Of a stretch of 64,000 nt of DNA, positions 8,954 to 21,451 are shown piece by piece (positions within the stretch are counted from its first letter, which is position 1; every line of letters begins with the position of its first letter). The notes below the pieces were generated by a model that saw nothing but the letters and a program-made list of their open reading frames with translations, was not told the DNA's origin and searched no databases. This DNA is from Alphaproteobacteria bacterium. Its GTDB lineage: Bacteria > Pseudomonadota > Alphaproteobacteria > MPNO01 > UBA830. The DNA is taken from positions 452,875 through 516,874 of the forward strand of contig OZ244055.1 in the NCBI GenBank assembly GCA_965214975.1, given 5' to 3'. The translations under genes were made by a program, and so were the position numbers.

Positions 8954-10124
8954 CGCCGGCGTCACCAGCCTGACGATGAACTTCGGGCCGCAGCACCCCG
9001 CGGCCCACGGGGTTCTCCGGCTCGTGGTGGAGATGGACGGCGAGATCGTCGAGCGCTGCGACCCGCATATCGGGCTCCTGCACCGCGGCACCGAGAAGCT
9101 CATCGAGTACAAGACCTATCTCCAGGCGGTGCCGTATTTCGACCGCCTCGACTACGTCTCGCCCATGTGCCAGGAGCACGCCTTCGCGCTCGCCGTGGAG
9201 AAGCTCGCCGGCATCGAGGTGCCGTTGCGGGGGCAGTACGTGCGGGTGCTGTTCAGCGAGATCACGCGCATTCTCAACCACGTCCTCAACATCAGCGCGT
9301 TCGCGCTCGACGTCGGCGCGATGACGCCGCTGCTCTGGGGGTTCGAGGAGCGCGAGAAGCTGATGGAGTTCTACGAGCGGGTGTCCGGGGCGCGGCTGCA
9401 CGCGGCGTATTTCAGGCCGGGCGGCGTCCACCGCGACCTGCCGGACGGGCTCGCCGAGGACATCGCCGCGTTCTGCGAGAGCTTTCCCGCCGTCATCGAC
9501 GACGTCGAGACGCTGCTGACCGACAACAGGATCTTCCGCCAGCGCACCGTCGACATCGGCGTCGTCGGGCGCGAGGACGCGCTCGACTGGGGATTCTCGG
9601 GGCCCATGCTGAGAGCGAGCGGCGTGGCCTGGGATCTGCGCAAGGCGCAGCCCTACGACGTCTACGGGCTCATGGACTTCGACGTCCCGACCGGCCGCAA
9701 CGGCGACTGCTTCGACCGCTATCTCGTGCGCGTCGAGGAAATGCGCCAGAGCCTGCGCATCGTCCGGCAGTGCCTCGAGAGCATGCCCGGCGGCGCGGTG
9801 CACACCGACGACCCCAAGATCTTCCCGCCGCCGCGCTCCGAGATGAAGCGCTCGATGGAGGCGCTGATCCACCACTTCAAGCTCTACACCGAGGGCTACC
9901 GCGTGCCCGGGGGCGAGACCTACACCGCCGTCGAGGCGCCCAAGGGCGAGTTCGCGGTGTTTCTCGTCTCCGACGGCACCAACCGGCCCTACCGCTGCAA
10001 GATCCGGGCCCCGGGATTCGCGTTCCTCCAGGCCACGGACTTCCTGTCGCGCGGGCACATGCTCGCGGACATGGTCGCCATCATCGGCTCCATGGACATC
10101 GTTTTCGGCGAGATCGACCGATGA
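8943..10124 (+). CDS. nuoD: NADH-quinone oxidoreductase subunit D
   Basis: [42 protein letters not shown]..; 393 aa. Confidence 0.97.
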   Translation: MPADAGVTSLTMNFGPQHPAAHGVLRLVVEMDGEIVERCDPHIGLLHRGTEKLIEYKTYLQAVPYFDRLDYVSPMCQEHAFALAVEKLAGIEVPLRGQYVRVLFSEITRILNHVLNISAFALDVGAMTPLLWGFEEREKLMEFYERVSGARLHAAYFRPGGVHRDLPDGLAEDIAAFCESFPAVIDDVETLLTDNRIFRQRTVDIGVVGREDALDWGFSGPMLRASGVAWDLRKAQPYDVYGLMDFDVPTGRNGDCFDRYLVRVEEMRQSLRIVRQCLESMPGGAVHTDDPKIFPPPRSEMKRSMEALIHHFKLYTEGYRVPGGETYTAVEAPKGEFAVFLVSDGTNRPYRCKIRAPGFAFLQATDFLSRGHMLADMVAIIGSMDIVFGEIDR

Positions 10125-10714
10125 GCGCGCGGTCGGACGGCTTCGCCTTCGACGACGAGAGGCGGATCCTGGCCGAACGCCACGTCGCCCGCTATCCCGA
10201 GGGGCGCCGGGCCAGCGCCGTGCTCGCGCTTCTCGACCTCGCGCAGCGCCAGTGCGGCGGCTGGCTGCCGCGCGCGGCGATGGACCACGTCGCCGGGTTC
10301 CTCGGCATGGCGCCGATCCGGGTCTACGAGATCGTGTCCTTCTACGAGATGTTCCACGACGCCCCCCGGGGCCGCCACGAGCTCCGGGTCTGCACGACGA
10401 CGCCGTGCTGGCTGCGGGGCAGCTCCGGGGTTCTCGCGGCCTGCGAGGACGAGCTCGGCTGCCGGGCCGGCGAGACCAGCGCCGACGGCCTGTTCTCGCT
10501 GAGCGAGTTCGAGTGCCTCGGGGCCTGCGTGAACGCCCCCGTGGTGTGGATCGACGACGACTACTACGAGGACGTCGAGCCCGACGGCGCGCGCCGCCTG
10601 ATCCGCGCGTTCCGCGAGGGAACCCGCCCGGAGCCGGGCTCGATGGCGGGGCGCCGCGGATCCGCCCCCGCCGGAGGGCCCGCGACGCCCGCCGGCGGGC
10701 CGGGGAGGGCCTGA
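10121..10714 (+). CDS. nuoE: NADH-quinone oxidoreductase subunit E
   Basis: ATG 10121 overlaps the nuoD stop (ATGA). ..[50 protein letters not shown].. Confidence 0.93.
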   Translation: MSARSDGFAFDDERRILAERHVARYPEGRRASAVLALLDLAQRQCGGWLPRAAMDHVAGFLGMAPIRVYEIVSFYEMFHDAPRGRHELRVCTTTPCWLRGSSGVLAACEDELGCRAGETSADGLFSLSEFECLGACVNAPVVWIDDDYYEDVEPDGARRLIRAFREGTRPEPGSMAGRRGSAPAGGPATPAGGPGRA

Positions 10715-10717
10715 GCC

Positions 10718-11995
10718 GTGCTCGCCGACCGCGACCGCGTCTTCACCAACCTCCACGGCCTCGGGGACTGGAACCTCTCCGCCGCGCGGGCCCGCGGGGA
10801 CTGGGACGGCACCGCCGCCATCCTCGCCCGCGGCCGCGACCGGATCGTCGAGGAGATCAGGGAGTCGGGCCTTCGCGGCCGCGGCGGGGCCGGCTTCCCG
10901 GCCGGCCTCAAGTGGTCCTTCATGCCCCGGGAATCCGACGGCCGGCCCGCCTATCTGGTGGTCAACGCCGACGAGTCGGAGCCCGGAACCTGCAAGGACC
11001 GCGACATCCTGCGCCACGAGCCGCACAAGCTGGTCGAGGGCTGCTTGGTCGCGGGGTTCGCCATGGGCGCGTGCGCGGCCTACGTCTACGTCCGCGGCGA
11101 GTTCCACCGCGAGGCCGGGATCCTGCAGGCCGCGGTCGACGAGGCCTACGGGGCCGGGCTGGTCGGCGACGACGCCTGCGGCTCGGGCTGGCGCTTCGAC
11201 GTCTTCGTGCACCGCGGCGCCGGCGCCTACATCTGCGGCGAGGAGACGGCGCTGCTCGAGAGCCTCGAGGGCAAGAAGGGGCAGCCGCGCGTCAAGCCGC
11301 CGTTTCCCGCCAGCACGGGGCTCTACGGCTGCCCCACCACCGTCAACAACGTCGAGACCGTCGCCGTGGCGCCGACCATCTGCCGCCGCGGCGCGTCGTG
11401 GTTCGCCGGCCTCGGCCGCGAGAACAACACCGGCACCAAGATCTTCTGCATCTCGGGCCACGTGAACGCGCCGTGCAACGTCGAGGAGGAGATGAGCATC
11501 CCCCTCCGCGAGCTCCTCGAGCGCCACGCCGGCGGCGTGCGCGGCGGCTGGGACCGGCTCAAGGCGGTCATCCCCGGCGGCTCCTCGGTGCCGCTCATCC
11601 CGCGCGAGATCTGCGACAGCGTGCTGATGGACTTCGACGCCCTGCGCGACGTCTCCTCGGGCCTCGGGACCGCGGCCGTCATCGTCATGGACGAGACCAC
11701 CGACGTCATCGCGGCCGTGGCCCGGCTCTCCAGGTTCTACATGCACGAGAGCTGCGGCCAGTGCACCCCGTGCCGCGAGGGCACGGGATGGATGTGGCGC
11801 GTCATGGAGCGGCTGGTCCGCGGCGAGGCCGGGGTCGGGGAGATCGACATGCTGCTCGACGTCTCCCGCGAGATCGAGGGCCACACGATCTGCGCCCTCG
11901 GGGACGCCGCCGCCTGGCCGGTCCAGGGCCTGATCCGCCATTTCCGCGGCGAGATCGAGGACCGCATCGCGCGCCGCGGCGCGACGGCGGCCTGA
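10718..11995 (+). CDS. nuoF: NADH-quinone oxidoreductase subunit F
   Basis: [48 protein letters not shown]..; GTG start. Confidence 0.96.
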   Translation: MLADRDRVFTNLHGLGDWNLSAARARGDWDGTAAILARGRDRIVEEIRESGLRGRGGAGFPAGLKWSFMPRESDGRPAYLVVNADESEPGTCKDRDILRHEPHKLVEGCLVAGFAMGACAAYVYVRGEFHREAGILQAAVDEAYGAGLVGDDACGSGWRFDVFVHRGAGAYICGEETALLESLEGKKGQPRVKPPFPASTGLYGCPTTVNNVETVAVAPTICRRGASWFAGLGRENNTGTKIFCISGHVNAPCNVEEEMSIPLRELLERHAGGVRGGWDRLKAVIPGGSSVPLIPREICDSVLMDFDALRDVSSGLGTAAVIVMDETTDVIAAVARLSRFYMHESCGQCTPCREGTGWMWRVMERLVRGEAGVGEIDMLLDVSREIEGHTICALGDAAAWPVQGLIRHFRGEIEDRIARRGATAA

Positions 11996-12009
11996 GACGG
12001 GATCCGGCG

Positions 12010-14067
12010 ATGCCCGCGCTCACCGTCGACGGCGTCGAGATCGAGGTCGAGGCCGGCCTCACCGTGCTGCAGGCGTGCGAGCAGGCGGGCGTCGAGATCC
12101 CCCGCTTCTGCTACCACGAGCGCCTGTCGATCGCGGGCAACTGCCGCATGTGCCTGGTCGAGATCGAGCGCTCGCCCAAGCCCGTCGCCTCCTGCGCCAT
12201 GCCGGTCGCGGACGGCATGGTCGTCCGCACCGCGACCGAGAGCGTGCGCAGGGCCCGCCGCGGCGTCATGGAGTTCCTGCTCATCAACCATCCGCTCGAC
12301 TGCCCGATCTGCGACCAGGGCGGGGAATGCGACCTCCAGGACCAGGCCATGGCCTACGGCGCCGGGCGGTCGCGCTTCCACGAGAGCAAGCGCGCGGTGG
12401 CGGACAAGGATTTCGGCCCGCTCATCGAGACCCACATGACGCGCTGCATCCACTGCACGCGCTGCATCCGCTTCGCCACCGAGGTGGCCGGCGTCGAGGT
12501 GCTCGGCGCCACCGGCCGCGGCGAGGGCATGGAGGTCGGAACCTACGTCGGCAGGGCGATCGCCTCGGAACTGTCGGCCAACATCGTCGACCTGTGCCCG
12601 GTCGGCGCCCTGACCTCCAAGCCCTACGCCTTCGCCGCCCGCCCGTGGGAGCTGGTCCGGACCGAGTCCGTCGACGTCATGGACGCCGTCGGCAGCAACG
12701 TCCGCGTCGACAGCCGCGGGCGCGAGGTCATGCGGATCCTTCCGGTCCTGAACGAGGACGTCAACGAGGAGTGGATCTCCGACAAGACGCGCCACGCCTG
12801 CGACGGGCTGGCGCGCCAGCGCCTCGACCGCCCCTATGTCAGGGAGGGCGGCCGGCTGCGGCCGGCGACCTGGCGGGAGGCGTTCGCCGCCGTCGCCGAC
12901 CGGCTCGCGGGAGTCCCCGGCGAGCGCCTCGCGGCCGTCGTCGGCGACCAGTGCGACGCCGAGGCCATGGTCGCGCTCTCGGACCTGATGGCCGCGCTCG
13001 GCTCGCCCAGCGTCGACTGCCGCCAGGACGGCGCCCGCCTGCCGCCGTCGCCCCGCGCGGCCTATCTCTTCAACACCACGATCGCCGGCATCGACGACGC
13101 CGACGCCTGCCTGCTGGTCGGCGCCGACCCGCGCCGGGAGGCGGCGATCGTCAACGCCCGGCTGCGCAGGCGCGGCCTCGCCGGCGGGTTTCCCGTCGGG
13201 CTGATCGGCGAGGCGGTCGATCTGACCTACGGCTACGACCATCTCGGAACCGGTCCGGCGGCGCTCGCCGGGATCGCGGACGGGAGCCATCCCTTCGCCG
13301 GGGTTCTCGCCCGCGCCGAGCGCCCGATGCTGGTCCTCGGACCGGGGGCGCTGGCCCGGGAGGACGGCGGCGCGGTGCTCGCGCTCGCCCGGCGCGCCGC
13401 GGAGTCCTGCGGCATGGTCTCCGGCGGCTGGAACGGGTTCAACGTGCTGCACGCCGCCGCCGCGCGCGTCGCCGGGCTCGATCTCGGGATCGTTCCCGGC
13501 CCGGGCGGCCGCGACGTCGCGGGCATCCTCGACGGCGCGGCCGCGGGGGAGATCGAGGCGGTCTACCTGCTCGCCGCCGACGAGATCGACGCCGGACGTC
13601 TCGCCGGCTGTTTCGTGGTCTACCAGGGCCATCACGGCGACGCCGGCGCGCATGCCGCGGACGTGGTGCTGCCGGGCGCCGCCTACACCGAGAAGGACGG
13701 CACCTACGCCAACACCGAGGGCCGGCCGCAGCGCGGGCGACGGGCGGTGTTCCCGCCGGGCGAGGCGCGCGAGGACTGGGCCGTGCTGCGCGCGCTGTCG
13801 GAGGAGCTCGGCAGGACGCTGCCCTACGACGATCTCGCCGGGGTGCGCGCGCGGATGGCGGAACGCGCGCCCGCGCTCGCGGCGACGGACGCCGTCGCGC
13901 CCGCGCCGTGGGAGCCGTTCGGCGAGGACGGCGAGGTCTCCGACGCGCCCTTCGCCGCCGCGGTCGCCAACTTCTACATGACCGACCCGATCTCGCGGGC
14001 GTCGGCGACCATGGCGGCCTGCACCGCGGCGTTCCCGCCGGACCGGGAGCGCGGCGGCGATGCCTGA
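12010..14067 (+). CDS. nuoG: NADH-quinone oxidoreductase subunit G
   Basis: [71 protein letters not shown].. Lies in the C-terminal 685 codons of track ORF 10252..14067. Confidence 0.95.
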   Translation: MPALTVDGVEIEVEAGLTVLQACEQAGVEIPRFCYHERLSIAGNCRMCLVEIERSPKPVASCAMPVADGMVVRTATESVRRARRGVMEFLLINHPLDCPICDQGGECDLQDQAMAYGAGRSRFHESKRAVADKDFGPLIETHMTRCIHCTRCIRFATEVAGVEVLGATGRGEGMEVGTYVGRAIASELSANIVDLCPVGALTSKPYAFAARPWELVRTESVDVMDAVGSNVRVDSRGREVMRILPVLNEDVNEEWISDKTRHACDGLARQRLDRPYVREGGRLRPATWREAFAAVADRLAGVPGERLAAVVGDQCDAEAMVALSDLMAALGSPSVDCRQDGARLPPSPRAAYLFNTTIAGIDDADACLLVGADPRREAAIVNARLRRRGLAGGFPVGLIGEAVDLTYGYDHLGTGPAALAGIADGSHPFAGVLARAERPMLVLGPGALAREDGGAVLALARRAAESCGMVSGGWNGFNVLHAAAARVAGLDLGIVPGPGGRDVAGILDGAAAGEIEAVYLLAADEIDAGRLAGCFVVYQGHHGDAGAHAADVVLPGAAYTEKDGTYANTEGRPQRGRRAVFPPGEAREDWAVLRALSEELGRTLPYDDLAGVRARMAERAPALAATDAVAPAPWEPFGEDGEVSDAPFAAAVANFYMTDPISRASATMAACTAAFPPDRERGGDA

Positions 14068-15091
14068 CCTCTGGAGCGGATACGTCTGGCCCGGCCTCGA
14101 GATCGTCGGCTACATCCTGCTCATCGTCCTGCCGGTGACGGCGACGGTCGCCTACCTGACGTTCGCCGAGCGCAAGATCATCGCCGCCATGCAGCTGCGC
14201 CGCGGCCCCAACGTGGTCGGGCCGTTCGGGCTGCTCCAGCCCGTGGCCGACGGCCTCAAGCTGCTGTTCAAGGAGACCGTGATTCCCTCGGGCGCCAACC
14301 GGGTGGTCTTCGTGGTCGCCCCGATGCTGACCTTCGTCCTCAGCCTGATCGCCTGGGCCGTCATCCCGTTCGACGTCGGCTGGGTGCTCGCCGACATCAA
14401 CGTCGGGATCCTCTACGTCTTCGCGGTGTCCTCGCTCGGCGTCTACGGGATCATCATGGCCGGCTGGGCCAGCAACTCCAAGTACGCCTTTCTCGGCGCG
14501 CTGCGCTCGGCCGCGCAGATGGTCTCCTACGAGGTGGCGATCGGGTTCGTGCTCATCACGGTGCTGCTCTGCGCGGGCTCGCTCAACCTCTCCGACATCG
14601 TGCTCGCCCAGCAGGGCGGCGGCTTCTGGAACTGGCACTGGCTGCCGCTGGCGCCGATGTTTGTGATCTTCCTGGTCTCGGCGCTCGCCGAGACCAACCG
14701 CCACCCGTTCGACCTGCCGGAGGCGGAGGCCGAGCTGGTGGCCGGCTACAACGTCGAGTACTCGTCGATGACCTTCGCGCTGTTCTTTCTCGGCGAGTAC
14801 GCCAACATGATCCTGATGAGCGCCCTGACCGCGGTGCTCTTTCTCGGCGGCTGGCTGCCGCCGCTCGACGTCCGGCCCTTCACCTGGATCCCCGGCGTGG
14901 TCTGGTTCGGACTCAAGATCGCGGCCTGCCTGTTCGTGTTCGTGTGGGCGCGCGCGACCTTTCCGCGCTACCGCTACGACCAGCTCATGCGGCTGGGCTG
15001 GAAGGTGTTCCTGCCGTTCACGCTGCTGTGGGTGGTGGCGACCTCCGGGGCGCTGATGGCCTTCGGCTGGCTGCCGGGCGCACGGGGATAG
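14060..15091 (+). CDS. nuoH: NADH-quinone oxidoreductase subunit H
   Basis: ..[55 protein letters not shown].. Confidence 0.96.
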   Translation: MPDLWSGYVWPGLEIVGYILLIVLPVTATVAYLTFAERKIIAAMQLRRGPNVVGPFGLLQPVADGLKLLFKETVIPSGANRVVFVVAPMLTFVLSLIAWAVIPFDVGWVLADINVGILYVFAVSSLGVYGIIMAGWASNSKYAFLGALRSAAQMVSYEVAIGFVLITVLLCAGSLNLSDIVLAQQGGGFWNWHWLPLAPMFVIFLVSALAETNRHPFDLPEAEAELVAGYNVEYSSMTFALFFLGEYANMILMSALTAVLFLGGWLPPLDVRPFTWIPGVVWFGLKIAACLFVFVWARATFPRYRYDQLMRLGWKVFLPFTLLWVVATSGALMAFGWLPGARG

Positions 15092-15101
15092 GGGAGGGGG
15101 G

Positions 15102-15590
15102 ATGTCCGTTCTGGCGCGTTCGGTGCGGGCGCTGCTGCTCTCGGAGCTGGTGTCGGGGCTGGCGCTCACGCTCCGGTACATGTTCCGGCCCAAGGTGACG
15201 CTCAACTACCCCTTCGAGAAGGGGCCGCTCAGCCCGCGCTTCAGGGGCGAGCACGCGCTGCGCCGCTATCCCAGCGGCGAGGAGCGCTGCATCGCCTGCA
15301 AGCTGTGCGAGGCGGTCTGCCCCGCCCAGGCGATCACGATCGAGGCCGAGCCGCGCGCCGACGGCAGCCGCCGGACCACGCGCTACGACATCGACATGAC
15401 CAAGTGCATCTACTGCGGCTTCTGCGAGGAGGCCTGCCCCGTCGACGCGATCGTCGAGGGGCCGAACTTCGAGTTCGCCGCCGAGACCCGCGAGGAGCTG
15501 ATGTACAACAAGCGGAAGCTTCTCGACAACGGCGACCGCTGGGAAAGCCACCTCGCCGCCCGCCTGTCGGCGGACGCGCCCTACAGGTGA
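15102..15590 (+). CDS. nuoI: NADH-quinone oxidoreductase subunit I
   Basis: Two 4Fe-4S motifs: [12 protein letters not shown] and [12 protein letters not shown]. Confidence 0.96.
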   Translation: MSVLARSVRALLLSELVSGLALTLRYMFRPKVTLNYPFEKGPLSPRFRGEHALRRYPSGEERCIACKLCEAVCPAQAITIEAEPRADGSRRTTRYDIDMTKCIYCGFCEEACPVDAIVEGPNFEFAAETREELMYNKRKLLDNGDRWESHLAARLSADAPYR

Positions 15591-15594
15591 GCCC

Positions 15595-16194
15595 GTGATC
15601 GTCTCCGTCATCGCCTTCTACGCCTTCGCCGCCGTCGCCGTCGCCGCGGGCGCGATGGTGATCGCCGCCCGCAACCCCGTGCACTCGGTGCTGTTCCTGA
15701 TCCTCGCGTTCTTCAACGCGGCGGGGCTGTTCGTGCTGCTCGGCGCCGAGTTCATCGCGATGGTCCTGGTGATCGTCTACGTCGGCGCGGTCGCCGTGCT
15801 GTTCCTGTTCGTGGTGATGATGCTGGACATCGACTTCGCGGAGCTCCGCACGGGCTTCCTGCAGTACATGCCGGTCGGCGGCCTGATCGGCCTCGTGCTC
15901 CTGGCCGAGCTGGTTCTCGTGCTCGGCACCTGGGCCGCCGCTCCCGGCGCGCCGCCGGCGCCCGAGGTTCCCGAGACCGGAAACGCGCGCGCCATCGGCG
16001 AGGTGCTCTACACCGACCACGTGTTCCCGTTCCAGGCCGCCGGGGTGATCCTCCTGGTCGCGATGATCGGGGCGATCGTGCTCACGCTGCGGGCGCGCGG
16101 CGGCGTCCGGCGCCAGAGCGTCGCCGCCCAGGTCTCGCGCGAGCGCGGCCGGGCCGTCGACGTCAACGCCGTCGAGCCGGGGAGCGGCGCCTGA
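15595..16194 (+). CDS. nuoJ: NADH-quinone oxidoreductase subunit J
   Basis: Hydrophobic 199-aa ORF in the operon position: ..[51 protein letters not shown].. Confidence 0.93.
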   Translation: MIVSVIAFYAFAAVAVAAGAMVIAARNPVHSVLFLILAFFNAAGLFVLLGAEFIAMVLVIVYVGAVAVLFLFVVMMLDIDFAELRTGFLQYMPVGGLIGLVLLAELVLVLGTWAAAPGAPPAPEVPETGNARAIGEVLYTDHVFPFQAAGVILLVAMIGAIVLTLRARGGVRRQSVAAQVSRERGRAVDVNAVEPGSGA

Positions 16195-16195
16195 C

Positions 16196-16501
16196 ATGGT
16201 CCCGCTCTCCCACCATCTCGCCGTCGCCGCCGTCCTGTTCACCCTCGGCGTGTTCGGCATCTTCCTCAACCGCAAGAACGTGATCGTCATCCTGATGTCG
16301 ATCGAGCTGCTGCTGCTGGCGGCCAACATCAACCTCGTCGCGTTCTCCGCCCATCTCGGCGACCTGACCGGACAGGTCTTCACCATCCTGGTGCTGGCGA
16401 TCGCGGCCGCCGAGGCGGCGATCGGCCTCGCGGTGATCCTGGTGTACTTCCGCAACCGCGGCTCGATCGCGGTCGAGGACGTCAGCCTGATGAAGGGCTG
16501 A
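16196..16501 (+). CDS. nuoK: NADH-quinone oxidoreductase subunit K
   Basis: 101 aa: ..[52 protein letters not shown].. Confidence 0.95.
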   Translation: MVPLSHHLAVAAVLFTLGVFGIFLNRKNVIVILMSIELLLLAANINLVAFSAHLGDLTGQVFTILVLAIAAAEAAIGLAVILVYFRNRGSIAVEDVSLMKG

Positions 16502-16508
16502 CCGGGGC

Positions 16509-18443
16509 ATGTACGCGCTCGCCGTCTTCCTGCCGCTGGCCGGCGCGGCCGTCGCGGGTTTCGGCGGCCGCTGGCTCGGCCGCCGCGGCTCCCAGGCCGT
16601 GACCTGCGGCGCCATGCTGCTGGCCGCGGCCCTCGGCTGCGTCTGCCTCGCCGAGGTCGCGCTCGGCGGCCGGCCGCGGACGGTCGAGCTGTTCCCGTGG
16701 ATCGTCTCCGGCGGCTTCGAGGCCGCGTGGACGCTCCGGTTCGACCAGCTCGCGGCGGTGATGGTGTTCGTCGTCACAGTGGTATCGGCGATGGTCCACG
16801 TCTACTCCGTCGGCTACATGGCCCACGATCCGCACGTGCCGCGGTTCATGGCCTATCTCAGCCTCTTCACCTTCTTCATGCTGATGCTGGTGACGTCCGA
16901 CAACCTGCTGCAGCTGTTCTTCGGCTGGGAGGGCGTCGGGCTGTGCTCGTACCTGCTGATCGGGTTCTGGTACGACCGGCCGGCCGCCAACGCCGCCGCC
17001 ATCAAGGCCTTCGTCGTCAACCGGGTCGGGGACTTCGGGTTCGCGCTCGGGATTCTCGGCGTCTACCTGCTGTTCGGCTCCATCGGGTACGACGCCATCT
17101 TCTCCGCCGCCGCGGACAAGGCCGACGCGACGCTGGACTTCCTCGGCCTCGAGACGAGCGCGCTCGACACGCTCTGCATTCTCCTGTTCATCGGCGCCAT
17201 GGGCAAGTCCGCGCAGCTCGGGCTCCACACCTGGCTGCCCGACGCGATGGAGGGGCCGACGCCGGTTTCGGCGCTGATCCACGCCGCGACCATGGTGACC
17301 GCCGGCGTGTTCATGGTGGCCCGGCTGTCGCCGCTGTTCGAGCACGCGCCCGACGCGCTCGCCGTGGTCGCGGTCGTCGGCGCGAGCACCGCGCTGTTCG
17401 CCGCGACCGTCGCGCTGTGCCAGAACGACATCAAGCGGGTGATCGCCTACTCGACCTGCAGCCAGCTCGGCTACATGTTCTTCGCCTGCGGCGTCTCGGC
17501 CTACGCTGCCGGGATCTTCCATCTCACCACCCACGCCTTCTTCAAGGCGCTCCTGTTCCTCGGCGCCGGCTCGGTCATCCACGCCATGTCGTCCGAGCAG
17601 GACATGCGGCGGATGGGCGGGCTGTGGCGCATGATTCCCGCGACCTACGTCCTGATGTGGATCGGAAGCCTGGCGCTCGCGGGCATGCCGTTCCTCTCCG
17701 GGTTCTACTCGAAGGATCTCGTCCTCGAGGCGGCCTTCGGCGCGGGCACCGGGGTCGGCCTGTACGCCTTCTGGATGGGGGTCGCCGCCGCCGTCCTGAC
17801 CGCGTTCTACTCCTGGCGGCTGCTCATCATGACGTTCCACGGCCCCAGAAACGCCGACGAGAAGACGCTCGCGCACGTCCACGAATCGCCGCCGGTCATG
17901 CTGGCGCCGCTCGGCGTGCTCGCTCTCGGCGCCGTGTTCTCCGGCTGGCTCGGCTACGAGCATTTCGCGGGCGGGGGAATGGAGGCGTTCTGGGGCGAGT
18001 CGCTGTTCGTCCTTCCGGGCACCGACCCGATCGCCGCCGCGCACCACGCGCCGCTCTGGGTCAAGGCGCTTCCGGCGGCGGTCGGGGCCGCCGGCATCCT
18101 CGCCGCCTGGCACGCCTACATGCGCGACCCCGCGCTTCCGCGGCGGCTCGCCGGGCGCCTGCCCCGGCTGCACCGCTTTCTCCTGAACAAGTGGTATTTC
18201 GACGAGCTCTACGACTTCCTGCTCGTCCGTCCGGCGCACCGGCTCGGGCGCGGCCTGTGGAAGGACGGCGACGAGGCGGTGATCGACGGCGTCGGCCCGG
18301 ACGGGGTGGCGGCCGCGGCCCGCCACGTCGCCCGCCGCGCCGCGGCGCTGCAGTCGGGCTACATCTACCACTACGCCTTCGCCATGCTGATCGGCGTCGC
18401 CGGCATCGTGACCTGGTACCTGTTCGGCCGGGCCGGGGGGTGA
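16509..18443 (+). CDS. nuoL: NADH-quinone oxidoreductase subunit L
   Basis: 644 aa: ..LFFGWEGVGLCSYLLIGFWYDRPAANAAAIKAFVVNRVGDFGF..GKSAQLGLHTWLPDAMEGPTPVSALIHAATMVTAG.. Confidence 0.96.
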   Translation: MYALAVFLPLAGAAVAGFGGRWLGRRGSQAVTCGAMLLAAALGCVCLAEVALGGRPRTVELFPWIVSGGFEAAWTLRFDQLAAVMVFVVTVVSAMVHVYSVGYMAHDPHVPRFMAYLSLFTFFMLMLVTSDNLLQLFFGWEGVGLCSYLLIGFWYDRPAANAAAIKAFVVNRVGDFGFALGILGVYLLFGSIGYDAIFSAAADKADATLDFLGLETSALDTLCILLFIGAMGKSAQLGLHTWLPDAMEGPTPVSALIHAATMVTAGVFMVARLSPLFEHAPDALAVVAVVGASTALFAATVALCQNDIKRVIAYSTCSQLGYMFFACGVSAYAAGIFHLTTHAFFKALLFLGAGSVIHAMSSEQDMRRMGGLWRMIPATYVLMWIGSLALAGMPFLSGFYSKDLVLEAAFGAGTGVGLYAFWMGVAAAVLTAFYSWRLLIMTFHGPRNADEKTLAHVHESPPVMLAPLGVLALGAVFSGWLGYEHFAGGGMEAFWGESLFVLPGTDPIAAAHHAPLWVKALPAAVGAAGILAAWHAYMRDPALPRRLAGRLPRLHRFLLNKWYFDELYDFLLVRPAHRLGRGLWKDGDEAVIDGVGPDGVAAAARHVARRAAALQSGYIYHYAFAMLIGVAGIVTWYLFGRAGG

Positions 18444-18449
18444 GCCGCG

Positions 18450-19958
18450 ATGTACGATTTCCCGATCCTGTCGCTGATCACCTTCCTGCCGCTGTTCGGG
18501 GCGCTGGCGATCCTGCTCGTCCGCGGCTCCCCGGAGGTGGTGGCGCGCAACGCCCGCGCCACGGCGCTCTGGGTCTCGCTGATCGTCTTCGGCCTGTCGC
18601 TCCTGCTGTGGATCGACTTCGACCGGTCGACCGCGGAGTTCCAGTTCGTCGAGCGGATGGCCTGGATCCCGTCCTTCGGGGTGTCCTACCACATGGGGGT
18701 CGACGGCATCTCGGTGTTCTTCGTCCTGCTGTCGACGTTCCTCACGCCGATCTGCGTGCTCGCGAGCTGGGACGCGGTGCGTGACCGGGTGCGGGAGTAC
18801 ATGGTCGCCTTCCTCGTTCTCGAGACGCTGATGGTCGGCATGTTCTGCGCGCTGGACTTCGTGCTGTTCTACGTGTTCTTCGAGGGCGTGCTGATCCCGA
18901 TGTTCCTCATCATCGGGGTGTGGGGCGGCCCGCGCCGGGTCTACGCCGCGTTCAAGTTCTTCCTCTACACCCTGACCGGGTCGGTGCTGATGCTGATCGC
19001 GGTGCTGGTCATCTTCTTCGAGACCGAGACCACGGACATCCCGCGGCTTCTCGGCACCGCGCTCGATCCGGAGCTGCAGCCGTGGCTGTGGCTCGCGTTC
19101 TTCGCGAGCTTCGCGGTCAAGGTGCCGATGTGGCCCGTGCACACCTGGCTGCCGGACGCCCACGTGGAGGCGCCGACCGCCGGATCCGTCGTGCTCGCGG
19201 GCGTGCTCCTGAAGATGGGCGCCTACGGGTTCCTGCGCTTCTCGGTGCCGATGCTGCCGGTCGCGAGCGACTTCTTCACGCCGCTGGTCTTCGCGCTGTC
19301 GGTGGTCGCGATCATCTACACCTCGCTGGTGGCGCTCGCCCAGGAGGACATGAAGAAGCTGATCGCCTACTCCTCGGTCGCGCACATGGGGTTCGTGACC
19401 ATCGGCATCTTCACGCTGACCCAGCAGGGCGTCCAGGGCGCGGTGGCGCAGATGCTGAGCCACGGCTTCGTGTCGGCCGCGCTCTTTCTCTGCGTCGGCG
19501 TGGTCTACGACCGGATCCACAGCCGCGAGATCGCCTCCTGCGGCGGGCTGGTGGAACGCATGCCGCGCTACGCGGTCGTGTTCATGGTCTTCACGCTCGC
19601 CTCGGTGGGCCTGCCCGGCACCAGCGGCTTCGTCGGCGAGTTCCTGGTTCTCGTCGGCGCCTTCCAGGTCAGCACGTGGGTCGCGCTCCTGGCCGCGACC
19701 GGCATCGTTCTCGGCGCCGCCTACATGCTCTACCTCTACCGGCGGGTGATCCTGGGCCGCCTCGAGAAGGAGCATCTCAGGGCGATCCTCGATCTCGGCC
19801 CCCGCGAGATCCTGGTGTTCGCGCCGCTGGTGGGGGTGACGGTCTGGATGGGGGTCTGGCCCGCCCCGTTCCTCGACGTCATGGAGGCGTCGGTCGCGAG
19901 CCTCGTCGAGCGGCACCGGGCGGCCCTGGAAGCGGCCGCCGCCGTGGCGGGCCGCTAG
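18450..19958 (+). CDS. nuoM: NADH-quinone oxidoreductase subunit M
   Basis: 502 aa: ..[49 protein letters not shown].. Confidence 0.96.
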   Translation: MYDFPILSLITFLPLFGALAILLVRGSPEVVARNARATALWVSLIVFGLSLLLWIDFDRSTAEFQFVERMAWIPSFGVSYHMGVDGISVFFVLLSTFLTPICVLASWDAVRDRVREYMVAFLVLETLMVGMFCALDFVLFYVFFEGVLIPMFLIIGVWGGPRRVYAAFKFFLYTLTGSVLMLIAVLVIFFETETTDIPRLLGTALDPELQPWLWLAFFASFAVKVPMWPVHTWLPDAHVEAPTAGSVVLAGVLLKMGAYGFLRFSVPMLPVASDFFTPLVFALSVVAIIYTSLVALAQEDMKKLIAYSSVAHMGFVTIGIFTLTQQGVQGAVAQMLSHGFVSAALFLCVGVVYDRIHSREIASCGGLVERMPRYAVVFMVFTLASVGLPGTSGFVGEFLVLVGAFQVSTWVALLAATGIVLGAAYMLYLYRRVILGRLEKEHLRAILDLGPREILVFAPLVGVTVWMGVWPAPFLDVMEASVASLVERHRAALEAAAAVAGR

Positions 19959-19971
19959 GGGGCGCGGCGCG

Positions 19972-21429
19972 GTGGCGACGTCGGCCGATCTTCTCGCGGT
20001 GCTGCCCGAGCTCGTGCTCGTCTGCCTCGCGATGGCGCTCCTGATGTACGGCGCGTTCCGCGACGACGGCGCGGACCGGCAGGTGTCGTGGCTCTCGGTC
20101 GCGGCGCTCGCGGCCACCGCCGCGACGATGGCGCTGGTCTGGCCCGAGGCGGAGAGCGTCTCCGCCTTCGGCGGCCAGTTCGTGGACGACCGGTTCGCCC
20201 GCTTCCTCAAGTCCCTGATCCTGCTCGGCTCGGCGCTCGCGATCGTGATGTCGCTGGACTACAACCGGCGCGAGGGCATCCGGCGCTTCGAGTTTCCGGT
20301 CCTGATCCTGTTCGCGACCGTCGGCATGCTGCTCATGGTGTCGGCGGGCGACCTGATGTCGCTCTACGTCGCCGTCGAGCTCCAGAGCCTGCCGCTCTAC
20401 GTCATCGCGGCGATCCGGCGCGATTCCGTCCGCTCCTCGGAGGCCGGGCTCAAGTACTTCGTGCTCGGGGCGCTGTCGTCGGGGATGCTGCTCTACGGCA
20501 TCTCGATGATCTACGGCTTCACCGGCGCGACCGGGTTCGCGGAACTCGCCGACCTGTTCGCCGGCCCCGGGGCCGATCCCGGTCCCGGCACGGTGGTCGG
20601 GCTCGTGTTCCTGCTCGCCGGCCTCGCCTTCAAGGTCTCCGCGGTGCCGTTCCACATGTGGACGCCCGACGTCTACGAGGGCGCGCCGACCCCGGTCACG
20701 GCGTTTCTCGCCGCCGCGCCCAAGATCGCGGCGGTCGGGTTGCTGGTGCGCACGATGATCGACCCGTTCGGAGAGATGTTCGGGGAGTGGCAGCAGATCG
20801 TCGTTCTCCTGTCGGTCGCCTCGATGCTGCTCGGCGCGTTCGCGGCGATCTGGCAGACCAGCGTCAAGCGGCTTCTCGCCTACAGCTCGATCGGTCACGT
20901 CGGCTACGCGCTGGTGGGGCTCGCCGCGGGCTCGGAGGAGGGCGTCGGCGCGATCGCCCTCTACATGGCGATCTATCTCGCCATGAACGCGGGCGCGTTC
21001 TGCTGCGTGCTGTCGATGCGCCGCCAGGGCGTGCCGGTCGAGGGCATCGACGATCTCGCGGGGCTCGCCCGGAACCAGCCCATGATGGCGCTGGCGATGG
21101 CGATCTTCATGTTCTCGATGGCGGGGATCCCGCCTCTCGCGGGGTTCTTCGGCAAGCTCTACGTGTTCCTCGCGGCGGTCAACGAGGGACTGCACGCGCT
21201 TGCCGTCGTCGGCGTCCTCACCAGCGTCGTCGCCGCCTACTACTACCTGCGCGTCGTCAAGATCATGTATTTCGACGAGGCCGGGGAGGGCTTCGACCGC
21301 GGAACCGGCCGCGAGGTCGGCGTCGTCATGACCGCCGCCGGACTGTTCACGCTGCTGTTCTTCGCCTACCCCGCGCCGGTGGTGGCCGGCGCCGAGGCGG
21401 CGGCGGCCGTGCTGTTCGCGGGCAGCTAG
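19972..21429 (+). CDS. nuoN: NADH-quinone oxidoreductase subunit N
   Basis: 485 aa, GTG start: ..FKVSAVPFHMWTPDVYEGAPTPVTAFLAAAPKIAA..LLAYSSIGHVGY.. Confidence 0.95.
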   Translation: MATSADLLAVLPELVLVCLAMALLMYGAFRDDGADRQVSWLSVAALAATAATMALVWPEAESVSAFGGQFVDDRFARFLKSLILLGSALAIVMSLDYNRREGIRRFEFPVLILFATVGMLLMVSAGDLMSLYVAVELQSLPLYVIAAIRRDSVRSSEAGLKYFVLGALSSGMLLYGISMIYGFTGATGFAELADLFAGPGADPGPGTVVGLVFLLAGLAFKVSAVPFHMWTPDVYEGAPTPVTAFLAAAPKIAAVGLLVRTMIDPFGEMFGEWQQIVVLLSVASMLLGAFAAIWQTSVKRLLAYSSIGHVGYALVGLAAGSEEGVGAIALYMAIYLAMNAGAFCCVLSMRRQGVPVEGIDDLAGLARNQPMMALAMAIFMFSMAGIPPLAGFFGKLYVFLAAVNEGLHALAVVGVLTSVVAAYYYLRVVKIMYFDEAGEGFDRGTGREVGVVMTAAGLFTLLFFAYPAPVVAGAEAAAAVLFAGS

Positions 21430-21451
21430 CGTTTTGCGGGGCCGCCGGTTG

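Noticed and set aside
10252-12009. N-terminal 586 codons of the 1271-aa plus-strand ORF 10252..14067
   Set aside because: This part is out of frame over nuoE and nuoF and has no protein-like sequence. The genuine NuoG starts at ATG 12010 ([13 protein letters not shown]..).
16482-20210. 1242-aa minus-strand ORF, and the 650-1016-aa antisense ORFs over nuoE-G, cimA and the TRAP permease (9989..11941, 11737..13653, 40255..42726, 42822..45872)
   Set aside because: All overlap unambiguous housekeeping genes on the opposite strand and translate to Arg/Asp/Gly/Pro-rich junk. They are GC-rich stop-codon-poor artefacts.
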